Source: a virus (lineage: Duplodnaviria; Caudoviricetes). Taken from it: a stretch of 27,945 nt of DNA. Positions 15,952 through 25,521 of this stretch are shown in pieces. The stretch is from the IMG/VR virus record IMGVR_UViG_3300023076_000007, positions 1-27,945 of that record; one strand, 5' to 3'. The translations under genes were made by a program, and so were the position numbers. The notes below the pieces were generated by a model. It was not told the DNA's origin. It was given only the letters and a program-made list of their open reading frames with translations, and ran no database searches. Numbering within the stretch: position 1 is the stretch's first letter; every line of letters begins with the position of its first letter.

Positions 15952-15974
15952 AAACCCGCTTCGGCGGGTTTTTT
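15952..15974 (+). terminator. Strong terminator closing the DUF3800 moron
   Basis: AAACCCGC-TTCG-GCGGGTTT-TTT (cUUCGg tetraloop). Confidence 0.9.
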
Positions 15975-15992
15975 ATTGCCTAAAGGTTGCAT

Positions 15993-16568
15993 ATGGGATT
16001 AAAGCTAATTACCGCGCCGACGCTATTCCCTGTCACCTTGCGGCAAGCCAAGGTTCATTTGAATGTCGACGGCAATGAAAGTGATGCAGTGATCGAAGAG
16101 AAGATCGGCGCGGCTACTGACCTCGCTGAAGGTGAACTCAACCGCCTCTTGCTTCCGCAAGTATGGGAACTCGCGCTGCCATGTTTCCCTGGGGGTGATA
16201 TCGATCTTATGCAAGCCCCGGTGCTGGAAATCATCAGCATTAAATATATCGATACTGCTGGAGTGGAACAGACGCTTGACCCGATCGACTACAGTCTGGA
16301 CAACTACGGCGTGCGGCATTGGGCTGTTACAAATTTCGGTCGGCTTTGGCCTATCGCCAGGCAAACGCCGAATGCCGTCAAGATTCAATACCGTGCCGGC
16401 TACGCAGATGTGGAAAGCGTGCCGCTCAGTATCAAGCAGTGGATTCTGATGGTAATCGCCACCTGGTTCCAGGTACGTGAGGGCGTAATCATCGGCACGA
16501 TCATCCAGGAGTTGCCGGATAACTTTATGTCAGCGCTGCTGAACAGGTATCGCATTAGGAGGTTTTGA
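15993..16568 (+). CDS. Head-tail connector (phiE125 gp8 / gp6-like)
   Basis: PVTLRQAKVHLNVD, LNRLLLPQVW, IKYIDTAG, AVKIQYRAGY, VPLSIKQWIL, LLNRYR; ATG at 15993 with AAAGGT SD. Confidence 0.9.
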   Translation: MGLKLITAPTLFPVTLRQAKVHLNVDGNESDAVIEEKIGAATDLAEGELNRLLLPQVWELALPCFPGGDIDLMQAPVLEIISIKYIDTAGVEQTLDPIDYSLDNYGVRHWAVTNFGRLWPIARQTPNAVKIQYRAGYADVESVPLSIKQWILMVIATWFQVREGVIIGTIIQELPDNFMSALLNRYRIRRF

Positions 16569-16918
16569 TGGCTATACCTGGTGCGGGGACTTTGAACAAG
16601 CGAATCACTGTTGAATCTCTGGAGGTTGGTAAGGACAGCAAGGGCGGCATGGTGGATGCATGGACGGCCCTACCAGGTATGCCGGTATGGGCAGGGATAA
16701 AAAACCTTTCCGGGAACGAAAGGGCGATCACTTCCAGTGGCGGGGATACAAAAGAAGCCCGGTCTGAATTCACCATGCGGTATCGGGCAGACGTTACCGA
16801 GCAATGCCGCATTGTGTACAAAGGTAAATTTTTCAACATCAAGCACCTGAATAACTTCAATGAAGAAAATCGGATGCTGATCCTCACCTGCGATACCGGC
16901 AGCAACGATGGCCGCTAA
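16568..16918 (+). CDS. Head closure / head-tail adaptor (SPP1 gp16-like)
   Basis: AGTLNKRITVE, VWAGIKNLSGNE, FTMRYR, RIVYKGKFFNI. Confidence 0.9.
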   Translation: MAIPGAGTLNKRITVESLEVGKDSKGGMVDAWTALPGMPVWAGIKNLSGNERAITSSGGDTKEARSEFTMRYRADVTEQCRIVYKGKFFNIKHLNNFNEENRMLILTCDTGSNDGR

Positions 16919-17519
16919 TCAAATACTCGGCCTGAGTGATTTAACCAAATCCTTTAAGTCGCTGGGCCAGGAGATGGAAAAAAAGACCGCCGCCCGTATG
17001 GTGGCTTCAGGCGGCGGCGTGCTGCGCAAAGAGGCAAGACGGCTGGCTGAAGCCCAGGGGTTGAGAAAGACCGGGGCGCTGATCAAGAACATCGCCATCA
17101 AGCGCGAGCGCAACGTGCCGCAAGGCACTGTGCAATACAACCTGGGTGTGCGGCACGGTAAGGACTTAGGGAAAAAATATAAGCAGCTTGGCGTCGGCAG
17201 GAATGGCCGGGTTAAGGTGTTCTATCGAGACAATCCGTATTACTGGTCATTCCTGGAATTCGGTCATCGCATCGTCGCCCGTAATTCCAGTCAGGCCGGC
17301 GGCGGTAAAACGACTTACAGCACCCGGCTGCGGAATGGAAAAATTAAACTCCGCACCAGGGTATTCAGGAATAGTTCATTAACAGTACGTAGGCGAAGCC
17401 CTACGGGATTTGTCCCTGCCAAGCCATACATTGGCCCGGCGCTGGTTAATAAACGCGAATCGGCCATCGAAGCCATGAGCAAAGTGTTGTTGAAAGATTT
17501 AGAGAAGGCGGGCAAATGA
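16908..17519 (+). CDS. HK97 gp10-family neck protein
   Basis: ILGLSDL, KTGALIKNI, PYYWSFLEFGH, VPAKPYIGPAL. Confidence 0.9.
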   Translation: MAANQILGLSDLTKSFKSLGQEMEKKTAARMVASGGGVLRKEARRLAEAQGLRKTGALIKNIAIKRERNVPQGTVQYNLGVRHGKDLGKKYKQLGVGRNGRVKVFYRDNPYYWSFLEFGHRIVARNSSQAGGGKTTYSTRLRNGKIKLRTRVFRNSSLTVRRRSPTGFVPAKPYIGPALVNKRESAIEAMSKVLLKDLEKAGK

Positions 17520-17863
17520 GCATCAAGGACACGTTGACCGCTGCACTCACTTCCGTACTTGAGAATTCCTGGGCGGTTGAATTGCCGCCCGATCCGCAAT
17601 GGCCGGCCAGTGTCTTTGAAGTCGATACCGTTTCGGAAAAGAACTGGGTGCTGGGTGGCGGGTACGATCAGCACACGGTGATCATTACCGTCTTTGCCAA
17701 AACGATCACCGAAATGGAAACGCTGCAGCTTGCCATTGATGCCGCTGTCATGGCAATTGAAGGTTACCTGGATGACGGTGAAAGTGGTGATGCCACGTAT
17801 GAGGGCGACGCCAGCGTCTATGGTTTTTTTGTAACACACACAATCCGCTTACCGCGATATTAA
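17516..17863 (+). CDS. Tail completion/terminator protein
   Basis: 115 aa acidic protein between gp10 and the tube gene; ATGA coupling. Confidence 0.7.
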   Translation: MSIKDTLTAALTSVLENSWAVELPPDPQWPASVFEVDTVSEKNWVLGGGYDQHTVIITVFAKTITEMETLQLAIDAAVMAIEGYLDDGESGDATYEGDASVYGFFVTHTIRLPRY

Positions 17864-17874
17864 GGAGATCCACC

Positions 17875-18096
17875 ATGAAGAATTCCGGCCAGTCATCCAG
17901 CAACCTTACAGCACCCTTGCCTGATTCACTGAAAGACGCGGGCACTATCGATAAAGAAGCCCAGGACAAGCAGGCAGCGGAAGTCAAAGCCGACCTGGTG
18001 AATGCGATGAAGACTGACGAATTTGCAGGGAAGGGCGGTTCGTACATTTTCGACCCGATCACTAAGACACGCACCCTCGCTCCCGCTGAAGAATAA
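17875..18096 (+). CDS. Small hypothetical protein before the tail tube gene
   Basis: SD TAAGGAG; C-terminal GKGGSYIFDPITKTRTL. Confidence 0.75.
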   Translation: MKNSGQSSSNLTAPLPDSLKDAGTIDKEAQDKQAAEVKADLVNAMKTDEFAGKGGSYIFDPITKTRTLAPAEE

Positions 18097-18116
18097 CAGC
18101 AGCAAGCCCCGACCCC

Positions 18117-18139
18117 AGGCCGCTTATGCGGCTTTTTTT
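18117..18139 (+). terminator. Rho-independent terminator
   Basis: GGCCGC-ttat-GCGGCT then T-run. Confidence 0.75.
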
Positions 18140-18160
18140 ATGCCTGAAAGGAATTGAGCG

Positions 18161-19093
18161 ATGTCCAAATTAAGCCGTAATCTGTTGCTGCTGTTTAAAA
18201 TCCAGCCGACGATTGATACTGACCCGATCCCCACTGCCGGTGCCAATGCAATCCTGGCCGGTAATTTCACCATCAACGCGATCCAGGCGCAATTTGCCGA
18301 CCGCGAAAACCTGCAGCCTTACTTCGGAAATTCCGGCAAGGTGCAAATTTCGGCGTATTCCACTGTCAGCTTCGATGTCGAACTGGCGAGTTCTGGTGTT
18401 GCCGGTACGCCTCCAAAGTTTGGCCCGTTGCTGCGGTCATGCGCGATGGCGGAAACAATCGTGGCATCCACCAGTGTGGCTTACCACCCCGTCACCATTG
18501 GCGATGAGATGGCGACCTTGTATATGTACCTGGACGGCCTATTGTTCAAGATGCTGAATTCCAAGGGCACGGTGTCATTCTCGGTTGGTGCGGGTGGTAT
18601 ACCGAAGATGACCTACACCTTCACCGGTTCCTTCAGCAATCCTGCGGATGCCGCATTGCCTTCTGGTGTGGATTACAGCGGCTTTACAGCACCGCTCGGT
18701 ATCAATAAAGTCAATACACCTTCACTGACTATCCACGGCGCTGCTGTGAAAGCCGACACACTGTCTATCGACTTGGCGAACAATGTGATCTACCGCAACC
18801 TGATCGCCACGGAAAGCATCAAGATCACCGACCGATCACCATCCGGCCAGACATCGTTCGAAACTGAATCGGTGGCTTTCAAAGACTGGACTGCCATTGT
18901 GCGCCTGGGCACGCTTGGCCCACTGGAACTTGTACATGGCACAGTCGCCGGCAGGATCGTGGAGATCGATGCCCCCAAGGTGCAGCTGACCGAACCGACA
19001 CTGACGGACTCAGACGGCATCTCCATGTCCAACTACAACCTGACATTGCAGCCTGATACCGGCAACGATGAATTGGTCGTGACGTTCCGGTAG
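18161..19093 (+). CDS. Major tail tube protein
   Basis: 310 aa, VSFDVELASSGVAGTPPKFGPLLRSC, ITDRSPSG, HGTVAGRIV, GNDELV; precedes the chaperone and TMP; no sheath gene. Confidence 0.88.
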   Translation: MSKLSRNLLLLFKIQPTIDTDPIPTAGANAILAGNFTINAIQAQFADRENLQPYFGNSGKVQISAYSTVSFDVELASSGVAGTPPKFGPLLRSCAMAETIVASTSVAYHPVTIGDEMATLYMYLDGLLFKMLNSKGTVSFSVGAGGIPKMTYTFTGSFSNPADAALPSGVDYSGFTAPLGINKVNTPSLTIHGAAVKADTLSIDLANNVIYRNLIATESIKITDRSPSGQTSFETESVAFKDWTAIVRLGTLGPLELVHGTVAGRIVEIDAPKVQLTEPTLTDSDGISMSNYNLTLQPDTGNDELVVTFR

Positions 19094-19150
19094 TCCTTCA
19101 GCACAGACAAGTTTAACTATGCTCGATAGCGAATAGCTGAAAGCGCAACC

Positions 19151-19176
19151 AGGCCCGCCCCATGCGGGCCTTTTTT
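19151..19176 (+). terminator. Terminator after the tail tube gene
   Basis: AGGCCCGC-cccat-GCGGGCCT then T-run. Confidence 0.8.
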
Positions 19177-19190
19177 ATTGGGATCACATC

Positions 19191-19517
19191 ATGGCGTTCA
19201 AACTCGCAAAAAAAAGAACCTTCAAGGAAACCGTCAAGGTACACCTGCCGCTCGGCGACGGTAAGTTCGAAACATCGGAATTGAAAATTGAGTACATCAG
19301 CCCGCCTACGGATGAGCTGGATGTCCTTCGCACCCAAGGGCAGATTGAAGTCCTGAAGAAAGTGATCGTGGGTTTCGAGGGTCTGGTCGACGATGCAGGT
19401 GCTGAAGTCGGCTTTGATGAAACCACCCTAAACGGATTCCTGGCTGTTCCCCAGGCCGCGCATGCAGCTGCAGAAAAGTTCTGGACATCTTTGTTCAAGG
19501 CTCCAGTAAAAAACTAG
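19191..19517 (+). CDS. Tail assembly chaperone (lambda G analogue)
   Basis: Between tube and TMP; ends in slippery A AAA AAC TAG. Confidence 0.85.
   Translation: MAFKLAKKRTFKETVKVHLPLGDGKFETSELKIEYISPPTDELDVLRTQGQIEVLKKVIVGFEGLVDDAGAEVGFDETTLNGFLAVPQAAHAAAEKFWTSLFKAPVKN
19508..19514 (+). other. Programmed -1 frameshift site AAAAAAC
   Basis: The -1 frame from 19514 is open (LEEAARHWAGKRAVDKPDIQVDD...) and in frame with track ORF 19625..19915. Confidence 0.88.
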
Positions 19518-19915
19518 AGGAGGCAGCGCGACATTGGGCCGGTAAGCGCGCTGTCGATAAGCCTGACATACAAGTCGATGACAACGTCATTGATGGCCTG
19601 GTAAGGGCGAATGCACCGCAGGAAGTGATTGATGCTGCCAGGCAGGCGTCTCGCCCGGAAGTAGTAAAAGAACCCGCGTTCGAGGTCTGGCCGGAAAACA
19701 TGGATGCAGTGTTGTTCTTCTGCAGTCTGGGTACTCAATGGGAAGTAGTGGCCGGTTTCTCCAGCCTTTATTACGTAGGTATCCCATCACCGCGTATCGA
19801 AGCCAGCATGAACCTGAACGGCATCGCTGCCCGCAAACGCAAACAGCTGTTCCATGCAGTCCAGGTGATGGAGCGCAGCGCGCTTAAAGCATTAAACGCA
19901 CCCTCTGAAAAATAG
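19514..19915 (+). CDS. Frameshift extension of the tail chaperone (T analogue, DUF1799-like); fusion about 241 aa
   Basis: FEVWPENMDAVLFFCSLGTQW...VQVMERSAL pattern; open frame starts at the slippery site. Confidence 0.82.
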   Translation, partial: LEEAARHWAGKRAVDKPDIQVDDNVIDGLVRANAPQEVIDAARQASRPEVVKEPAFEVWPENMDAVLFFCSLGTQWEVVAGFSSLYYVGIPSPRIEASMNLNGIAARKRKQLFHAVQVMERSALKALNAPSEK

Positions 19916-19922
19916 GATATTT

Positions 19923-22900
19923 ATGTCAGCTCTTGGAAAGCTTGTTGTCAGCCTTGCGCTGGAATACGCTCAGTACACCAAGGGCCTGGATAAGTCCGAC
20001 CAAGCTTCCCTGCAGTTTGCCCGCAAGGCACAGAAGAATTTCGACCAGGCAACCAACTCGCTGGGCAACATGGCAAAGGGTGCCGTGGGTGTGGGTGCTG
20101 CGTTCCTGGGCGTCAACAACATCATGGAGGGATTGTCGCGATCAATCGATGACCTGGCGAACCTGGATGACTTGGCGCAGAAAACAGGCTCGTCGGTCGA
20201 GAACCTTTCCAAGATGCAGAAGGTAGCGAAGCAGTTCGGCGCTGACTTCGGCGCTGTCGATTCCTCCATCAGTAAACTGGCGAAAGGCCTGGGTGCTGTC
20301 GATGATGCATCAAACAAGACCACCTCGGCCCTGCGCGCGCTCGGTATCACCTCAGAATTCTATCGTACCCATGATGTATCGGATGTCTATATCGAGGCCG
20401 CCAAGCGCCTGCAAAACTACCGTGACGATGCCAGCAAGACCGCGCTTGTCATCGATATCATGGGCAAGGCCGGTGCCGAGAATATCCCGTACCTGAATGA
20501 CCTGGCAGAAAACGTCGACAAGATGTCTGGTGTGTCTGCTGAAGCTGCCGCCCAGGCCGCCAAGTTCCAAGATCAAATGGGGTTCCTCAAACTCAAGACC
20601 GATGAGGCATTCCAGTCCATCAGCAATAATTTCCTGCCCGGCCTGAATGAAATCATTTCGAAATTCATTGATGGCACAAAAGAGGGTGGCCTGTTCGTCG
20701 GCATCCTGGAGGGCATTGGTAATTACACCAAAGTGTTCTGGTTAGGTAGCGAGGCAACGCAGCGCAAAGACCGCATGGAAATCTTGACGGAAAACATCAA
20801 GATCGCCGGCAAGGAACTGGAAGCCCTGGAAGCACAGATGAATTCCTTCGGTGCTGGCCGAAACTCCCTGGATTCCGGTGATGGTACGTTTGCCCGCAAG
20901 GACTCATCGGCATTCAACAAGAAGCGTGCCCAGGTGCTGGCAATGTCGCAGGAGTTGCAAAAACTCGCCATCGAGCAAAACAAGAACATGGCGAGTCCGT
21001 ATGTCTCGCCCAATACAGGCAAGCCATCCGTTGCTTATACATCCGGGGAAGCATCTAACAGCGCAGCATCAGCAAAAGCGCTGGCGAACACTTACGATTC
21101 CTTGATCAGCAAGTCACGGGATTACGTCACGGCCATGCAATACGAAAGCGTGGAAGGCGAGAAGCTTTCTGCCGGGCAGAAGCTGGCTGCCGAGTTGCGC
21201 GAGTTCCTGACTAAAAACACCCTGGGCCTGACCAAGGCTGAAATCGAGGGTGTGAATGCCGCCATCTCCAGGGTGACCGCCGAGGATTCGCTGAATCGTG
21301 CGCAAACGGATCGCTTTGAGCGCGTGGGTGTTTGGGTTGAATACCAGATGCAACTCAATGAGGCGCAAAAAGCACACACCGATGGATTGATGCAGGCAAC
21401 GCTTGCATACGACGGCCTGGTCACCAGTGAGCTTGATCAGCTGAAGTCGCTGGAGGAGCAGCTTAATATCCTCAAGTACGGCAAGGTCGCTACCCAACAG
21501 ATGGAAAGCGCACGCCTGCTGGAGGCCGCTGCCGCCTTTGAACAGAATGCGGTGTATGCAGAACAAAACGGTGTATCTGCCGAAAACATCAAGTCCATGC
21601 GCGACCGTGCGCAGGCATTGCGCGACCTGGCATCCGCACGAGATCAGGTGGCAAATAAGCAGGTCGAAATCGATCAGCTCACCAAGATTCAGGATTTTGC
21701 CAACGACACCTGGCGCAGCTTGGGCGACGGTCTGACTAATGCATTATTCCGTGGGTTCGAGCGTGGCGAAACCTTCGGTAAAAATTTCTTCACTTCCATG
21801 AAGAACCTGGCGCAGACCACTGTACTGAAGTTCGCCACGGACTTTGTTTTCTCGCCGATCAAGGCGGGTGTAGCTGCAACTTCGATGGGGGCTGCCGGCA
21901 CGGCCAGTGCATCCGGCAATGGCTATGGCACGCCGGGCATCATAGGGACTGGCAAGAGCATATTTTCTGCGATTACAGAAGGGTTCCAGTCTGCCAATGC
22001 CTCTTATTTTTCCGCCATTGCGAAATTCGGCAGCACTCTAAGTAGTGTAGGTCTTGACAAGCTGGGAAGTCTTGTCAGTGCAAATTCGGTGATCATTGGT
22101 AAAGCATTGCCCTATGCCGGCGCTGTTATCAGTTTGCTGAAAGGCGATATCAAGGGGGCGGCACTGCAAGGGATAGGCGTTGCAATTGGCACTTATTTCG
22201 GCGGGCCTATTGGTGGTGCCATCGGCGGGGCGATCGGCTCTATGGTGAGTGGTATGTTCGGAAGCCATGTGTCTCGTCCTAAATATTATGCCAATACCAC
22301 GGTGTCTGACGCTGGCAGTTCGTTGCTAAATGCCTATACAAATAGTGACGGGAAAAAAAGCAACACCGTGGCCTCCGGGGCTGGCAATGGTATTGGTGAC
22401 ACGATTGCCCAATATGCTAGGGAGCTTGACGGGGCGGTAAAAGACTTTGTTTTAGGTATCAATTACCAGCAAAAGTACGATACGTACCTTTTATCTGTTG
22501 GCAATGCCATCAGCAAAAATGGAATGAATGCTGATGTCACTTTCAAATCGAGTGGTGCTGGAGATGGAGTTGCAAATGCTTTTCTGGTAGCGGTTCGTAA
22601 AGGTTTGGTGACTCTGCCTGAATACATCACCGAGCTTATCAATCGATCAGACAATGGTGGAACGGCTGCGCTGGATAATGTCATTGCGATTAAGAGTATT
22701 TACGAGTCGCTGGCTGATCTCCCTCCAGTCTTCAGATCCGTTAAATATGCAATCGATGAGTTCGCAAATTCCGATAGCCTGGATTTCCTAAATAAACGGA
22801 TTACGGCTATATCCACATATACCGATTTATTTTATTCACAACAGGAAAAGCTTGACACTCTGCAGGCGCAACTAACTACACGCTTTACCGATCTGGGTAA

Positions 22901-23396
22901 TGTATTACCTGCGACGCGTGAAGGATTGCGGGCTTTAATCGATGGGCTTGATACCACAACATTATCTGAATACGGCGTGTTTAATGCCTTGGTCGATCTT
23001 GCCCCTCAATTGGATGCGTACTACAAGGCGCTGGAGTCACAGGCTGATATTACTAAGCAAGCTGCCGCTGCAACGAATGAAATGATTGACAGTTTGCTAG
23101 GTACTGACAAGTTCTCAAGCCTGACAGACTACCTTCGGTATAAGGGGGTTGCTAAGAATTACGGTGCTGCTTTCGCTTCGGATTTCACCTCCAACCTTAG
23201 CGCCGGTTTGATTAGCAATGACGCATCGGGCAAGACAATAACAGCGACTGGTTTGAATGATCTTGTTGCAGAACTGCAGGCACTTAGAAGCGACGTTAAA
23301 GCAGCACTATTGCCAGTAGCTATCAATACCAGTGATGCAGCCAAGGTGCTGAAGCAATTCAATGGTGCAGGTATGCCACCAGTACGTGATTTTTAA
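19923..23396 (+). CDS. Tail tape measure protein
   Basis: 1157 aa, Ala-rich and helical, N-terminal LGKLVVSL, Gly-rich hydrophobic stretch GGPIGGAIGGAIG; follows G/T. Confidence 0.93.
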   Translation: MSALGKLVVSLALEYAQYTKGLDKSDQASLQFARKAQKNFDQATNSLGNMAKGAVGVGAAFLGVNNIMEGLSRSIDDLANLDDLAQKTGSSVENLSKMQKVAKQFGADFGAVDSSISKLAKGLGAVDDASNKTTSALRALGITSEFYRTHDVSDVYIEAAKRLQNYRDDASKTALVIDIMGKAGAENIPYLNDLAENVDKMSGVSAEAAAQAAKFQDQMGFLKLKTDEAFQSISNNFLPGLNEIISKFIDGTKEGGLFVGILEGIGNYTKVFWLGSEATQRKDRMEILTENIKIAGKELEALEAQMNSFGAGRNSLDSGDGTFARKDSSAFNKKRAQVLAMSQELQKLAIEQNKNMASPYVSPNTGKPSVAYTSGEASNSAASAKALANTYDSLISKSRDYVTAMQYESVEGEKLSAGQKLAAELREFLTKNTLGLTKAEIEGVNAAISRVTAEDSLNRAQTDRFERVGVWVEYQMQLNEAQKAHTDGLMQATLAYDGLVTSELDQLKSLEEQLNILKYGKVATQQMESARLLEAAAAFEQNAVYAEQNGVSAENIKSMRDRAQALRDLASARDQVANKQVEIDQLTKIQDFANDTWRSLGDGLTNALFRGFERGETFGKNFFTSMKNLAQTTVLKFATDFVFSPIKAGVAATSMGAAGTASASGNGYGTPGIIGTGKSIFSAITEGFQSANASYFSAIAKFGSTLSSVGLDKLGSLVSANSVIIGKALPYAGAVISLLKGDIKGAALQGIGVAIGTYFGGPIGGAIGGAIGSMVSGMFGSHVSRPKYYANTTVSDAGSSLLNAYTNSDGKKSNTVASGAGNGIGDTIAQYARELDGAVKDFVLGINYQQKYDTYLLSVGNAISKNGMNADVTFKSSGAGDGVANAFLVAVRKGLVTLPEYITELINRSDNGGTAALDNVIAIKSIYESLADLPPVFRSVKYAIDEFANSDSLDFLNKRITAISTYTDLFYSQQEKLDTLQAQLTTRFTDLGNVLPATREGLRALIDGLDTTTLSEYGVFNALVDLAPQLDAYYKALESQADITKQAAAATNEMIDSLLGTDKFSSLTDYLRYKGVAKNYGAAFASDFTSNLSAGLISNDASGKTITATGLNDLVAELQALRSDVKAALLPVAINTSDAAKVLKQFNGAGMPPVRDF

Positions 23397-23410
23397 AAGC
23401 GAGTAACTAA

Positions 23411-24340
23411 ATGTCATTGCAAATTATTGCTCCCGTTTTAATTACGGATAGTCGGCTGGTCAGTTCAAACGTCCCTGAAAATGACTTGCCACTTTATAAC
23501 CCAGCCGCTACTTACGATCTCAACGATTCCGTCATGTTTTTAGGTGCCGACACACACAATCTCTACAAGTCTCAAATGGTGGGGAACATCGGCAACCTGC
23601 CAACAAATGATATCCAGGGTGACGTAAACAATCCACCGACCCATTGGTTGCTGGTTGGTAAAACCAATCGTTGGCGAATGCTGGACAGGTCTATATCAAC
23701 TCAAACACGCTATACAGATGAGCTGGTCTATGTGTTCAAAAACCTGGGGCCATTCGATTCGGTTTTCATGAATAACCTGGAAGGCCAGTTTGTCAATATC
23801 AGAATCATTGATGATTTTGCCGGCGTTGTATTTGACCAGGAGTTCGCTCTCGTTTCTGATCGCGGAGTTACTGATTGGTACGGTTTCTACTACACACCAT
23901 ATCAAGCTTACAACGAGTTTTACTTGCGGGATCTCCCAAAATATATCGATGCTTTGGTTGAAATTACGATCTCTAATCCGGGCGGTATGGCTGCATGTGG
24001 CGAATGCGTTCTTGGCCTGGGGCGTGAATTGGGAGACTTGCAGTTTGGGGTCAAGACCGGAATCAATGATTTTAGTCGAAAGACAAAAGACGATTTTGGC
24101 AATTGGCAGATTACTGAGAAGCCATATACCGATTATGCAAATGTATCTCTGTACGTGCCATCGGATAGTGCATTTGAAGTGAAGCGATTCCTGACTGAGC
24201 TGCGGGCAAAGCCCATCGTATTTATTGGGAATAAAGACCGCAGGACTACATGGATTTATGGCTTTTATACAGACTTCTCCGAAACCATTCAATACGCAAC
24301 GGAATCGGTCTTTACTATGGAAATGGAGTCATTGACATGA
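23411..24340 (+). CDS. Tail tip / distal-tail-like protein
   Basis: 309 aa directly after the TMP; N-terminal YNPAATYDLND...WLLVGKTNRW module; C-terminal GINDFSRKTKDDFGN...WIYGFY. Confidence 0.7.
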   Translation: MSLQIIAPVLITDSRLVSSNVPENDLPLYNPAATYDLNDSVMFLGADTHNLYKSQMVGNIGNLPTNDIQGDVNNPPTHWLLVGKTNRWRMLDRSISTQTRYTDELVYVFKNLGPFDSVFMNNLEGQFVNIRIIDDFAGVVFDQEFALVSDRGVTDWYGFYYTPYQAYNEFYLRDLPKYIDALVEITISNPGGMAACGECVLGLGRELGDLQFGVKTGINDFSRKTKDDFGNWQITEKPYTDYANVSLYVPSDSAFEVKRFLTELRAKPIVFIGNKDRRTTWIYGFYTDFSETIQYATESVFTMEMESLT

Positions 24341-25521
24341 CAATCTCGCAGCACACCATGGATGTTTTAGCCAATGCCCCACAACCGAACCAGCCAAGGG
24401 AAATTTTTAATCCAAATGCCTTTGCACATGCGGCTATCCTTTACACACTTAGCCTGGAAATAAACCAGACGGTAGCTTCATTGAATAATGTGCCCACCTC
24501 TGCCGGATCGGTGACGAACAACACGGTCAGTGTCGGTACTAAAAACTTTGTGATAGACCCTGCTAAAGGTTATCAAAAGGGAATGACAGTAAAGATTGCT
24601 GCAGATATTGCACCGACTCACTGGATGCTTGGCGATGTGATTTCGTATAACGATGTAACAGGTGCTTTTCAGGTAGAGGTTAGCAATACACAGAATCCAG
24701 GCGCAACTGTCTACAGTGCATGGACTGTTAGCCTTGCCTTCGGCGGCTCCACCATAAGTGGCGGGGACGTACAGAACCAAGCCTTTACAGGAGCCAATGC
24801 AACGGGCACAGGCACGGCATATGTAATTACCCCCAGCCCGGCCATTACTGCTTATGCCGCAAACCAGTCGTTCTTCGTGACGTTCAATGTCGTGTCTGGT
24901 GTGGCCCCAACCTTACAAATTTCTGGGGTAGGAAGTCCGCCAAACCTGGTCAAGCAGCTGGTAGATGGCAGCTATGTGAACATCACCGCGAATGATATCC
25001 CGGCCAATCATCGCAGCCGGGTGACATTGCTTAGTGCTAATCAAGCGCTCGTGGAAGACTTACCTCCAGCCAAATCAGAAGACTATATCCTGATCAGAGA
25101 GGAGCAGCCAAACAATACTGCTGGTCAGAACTCGGTTGGGGGTACCTACTCAAAACGCGCTTTGAACACAATTGTTGCGGATACAGGCAGCAATGTATCG
25201 CTTGTAAGTGGGGTTATTACCCTAGCACCTGGTAGATATCGTTTCCGTGCACGCGCTCCAGCTATCGATTCAACCAAACATAAAGTGCGTTTAGCCAACA
25301 CGGCAGACACGACCTATACCGTTGGTGTCAGCTCCTATAGTGGCAGCACAAACGTCAGTACCGATTCTGAGGTAAGCGGACGATTTACTATCGCTGCGCC
25401 AAAGACCTTTGAATTGCAGCACCGGACATCCACTTCAAATACAGGTGGTTTCGGTACACCATCCAATTTCGGGGATATCGAGGTGTACGCATCCATTGAA
25501 TTATGGAAGGAAAAACAATAA
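24337..25521 (+). CDS. Tail fibre / receptor-binding protein
   Basis: ATG at 24337 (ATGA overlap, GGAG SD). Modular Thr/Ser/Gly-rich beta domains including TGTGTAYVITPSPAITAY and a C-terminal beta-sandwich-like region. Confidence 0.8.
   Translation: MTISQHTMDVLANAPQPNQPREIFNPNAFAHAAILYTLSLEINQTVASLNNVPTSAGSVTNNTVSVGTKNFVIDPAKGYQKGMTVKIAADIAPTHWMLGDVISYNDVTGAFQVEVSNTQNPGATVYSAWTVSLAFGGSTISGGDVQNQAFTGANATGTGTAYVITPSPAITAYAANQSFFVTFNVVSGVAPTLQISGVGSPPNLVKQLVDGSYVNITANDIPANHRSRVTLLSANQALVEDLPPAKSEDYILIREEQPNNTAGQNSVGGTYSKRALNTIVADTGSNVSLVSGVITLAPGRYRFRARAPAIDSTKHKVRLANTADTTYTVGVSSYSGSTNVSTDSEVSGRFTIAAPKTFELQHRTSTSNTGGFGTPSNFGDIEVYASIELWKEKQ

Noticed and set aside
17315-17839. 174-aa minus-strand ORF
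   Set aside because: Antisense to two well-supported neck genes.
19094-19150. Possible small RNA structure after the tube gene (TTCAGC...GCTGAA)
   Set aside because: Only a 6-bp outer stem and a weak inner hairpin; not distinguishable from chance.
23696-24292. 198-aa minus-strand ORF and nested alternative-frame ORFs
   Set aside because: Shadows of the 309-aa tail tip gene; no SD or motifs.
24337-25521. Fibre C-terminus as a diversity-generating retroelement target or invertible segment
   Set aside because: No reverse transcriptase, invertase or second copy of the C-terminal sequence seen in the window.
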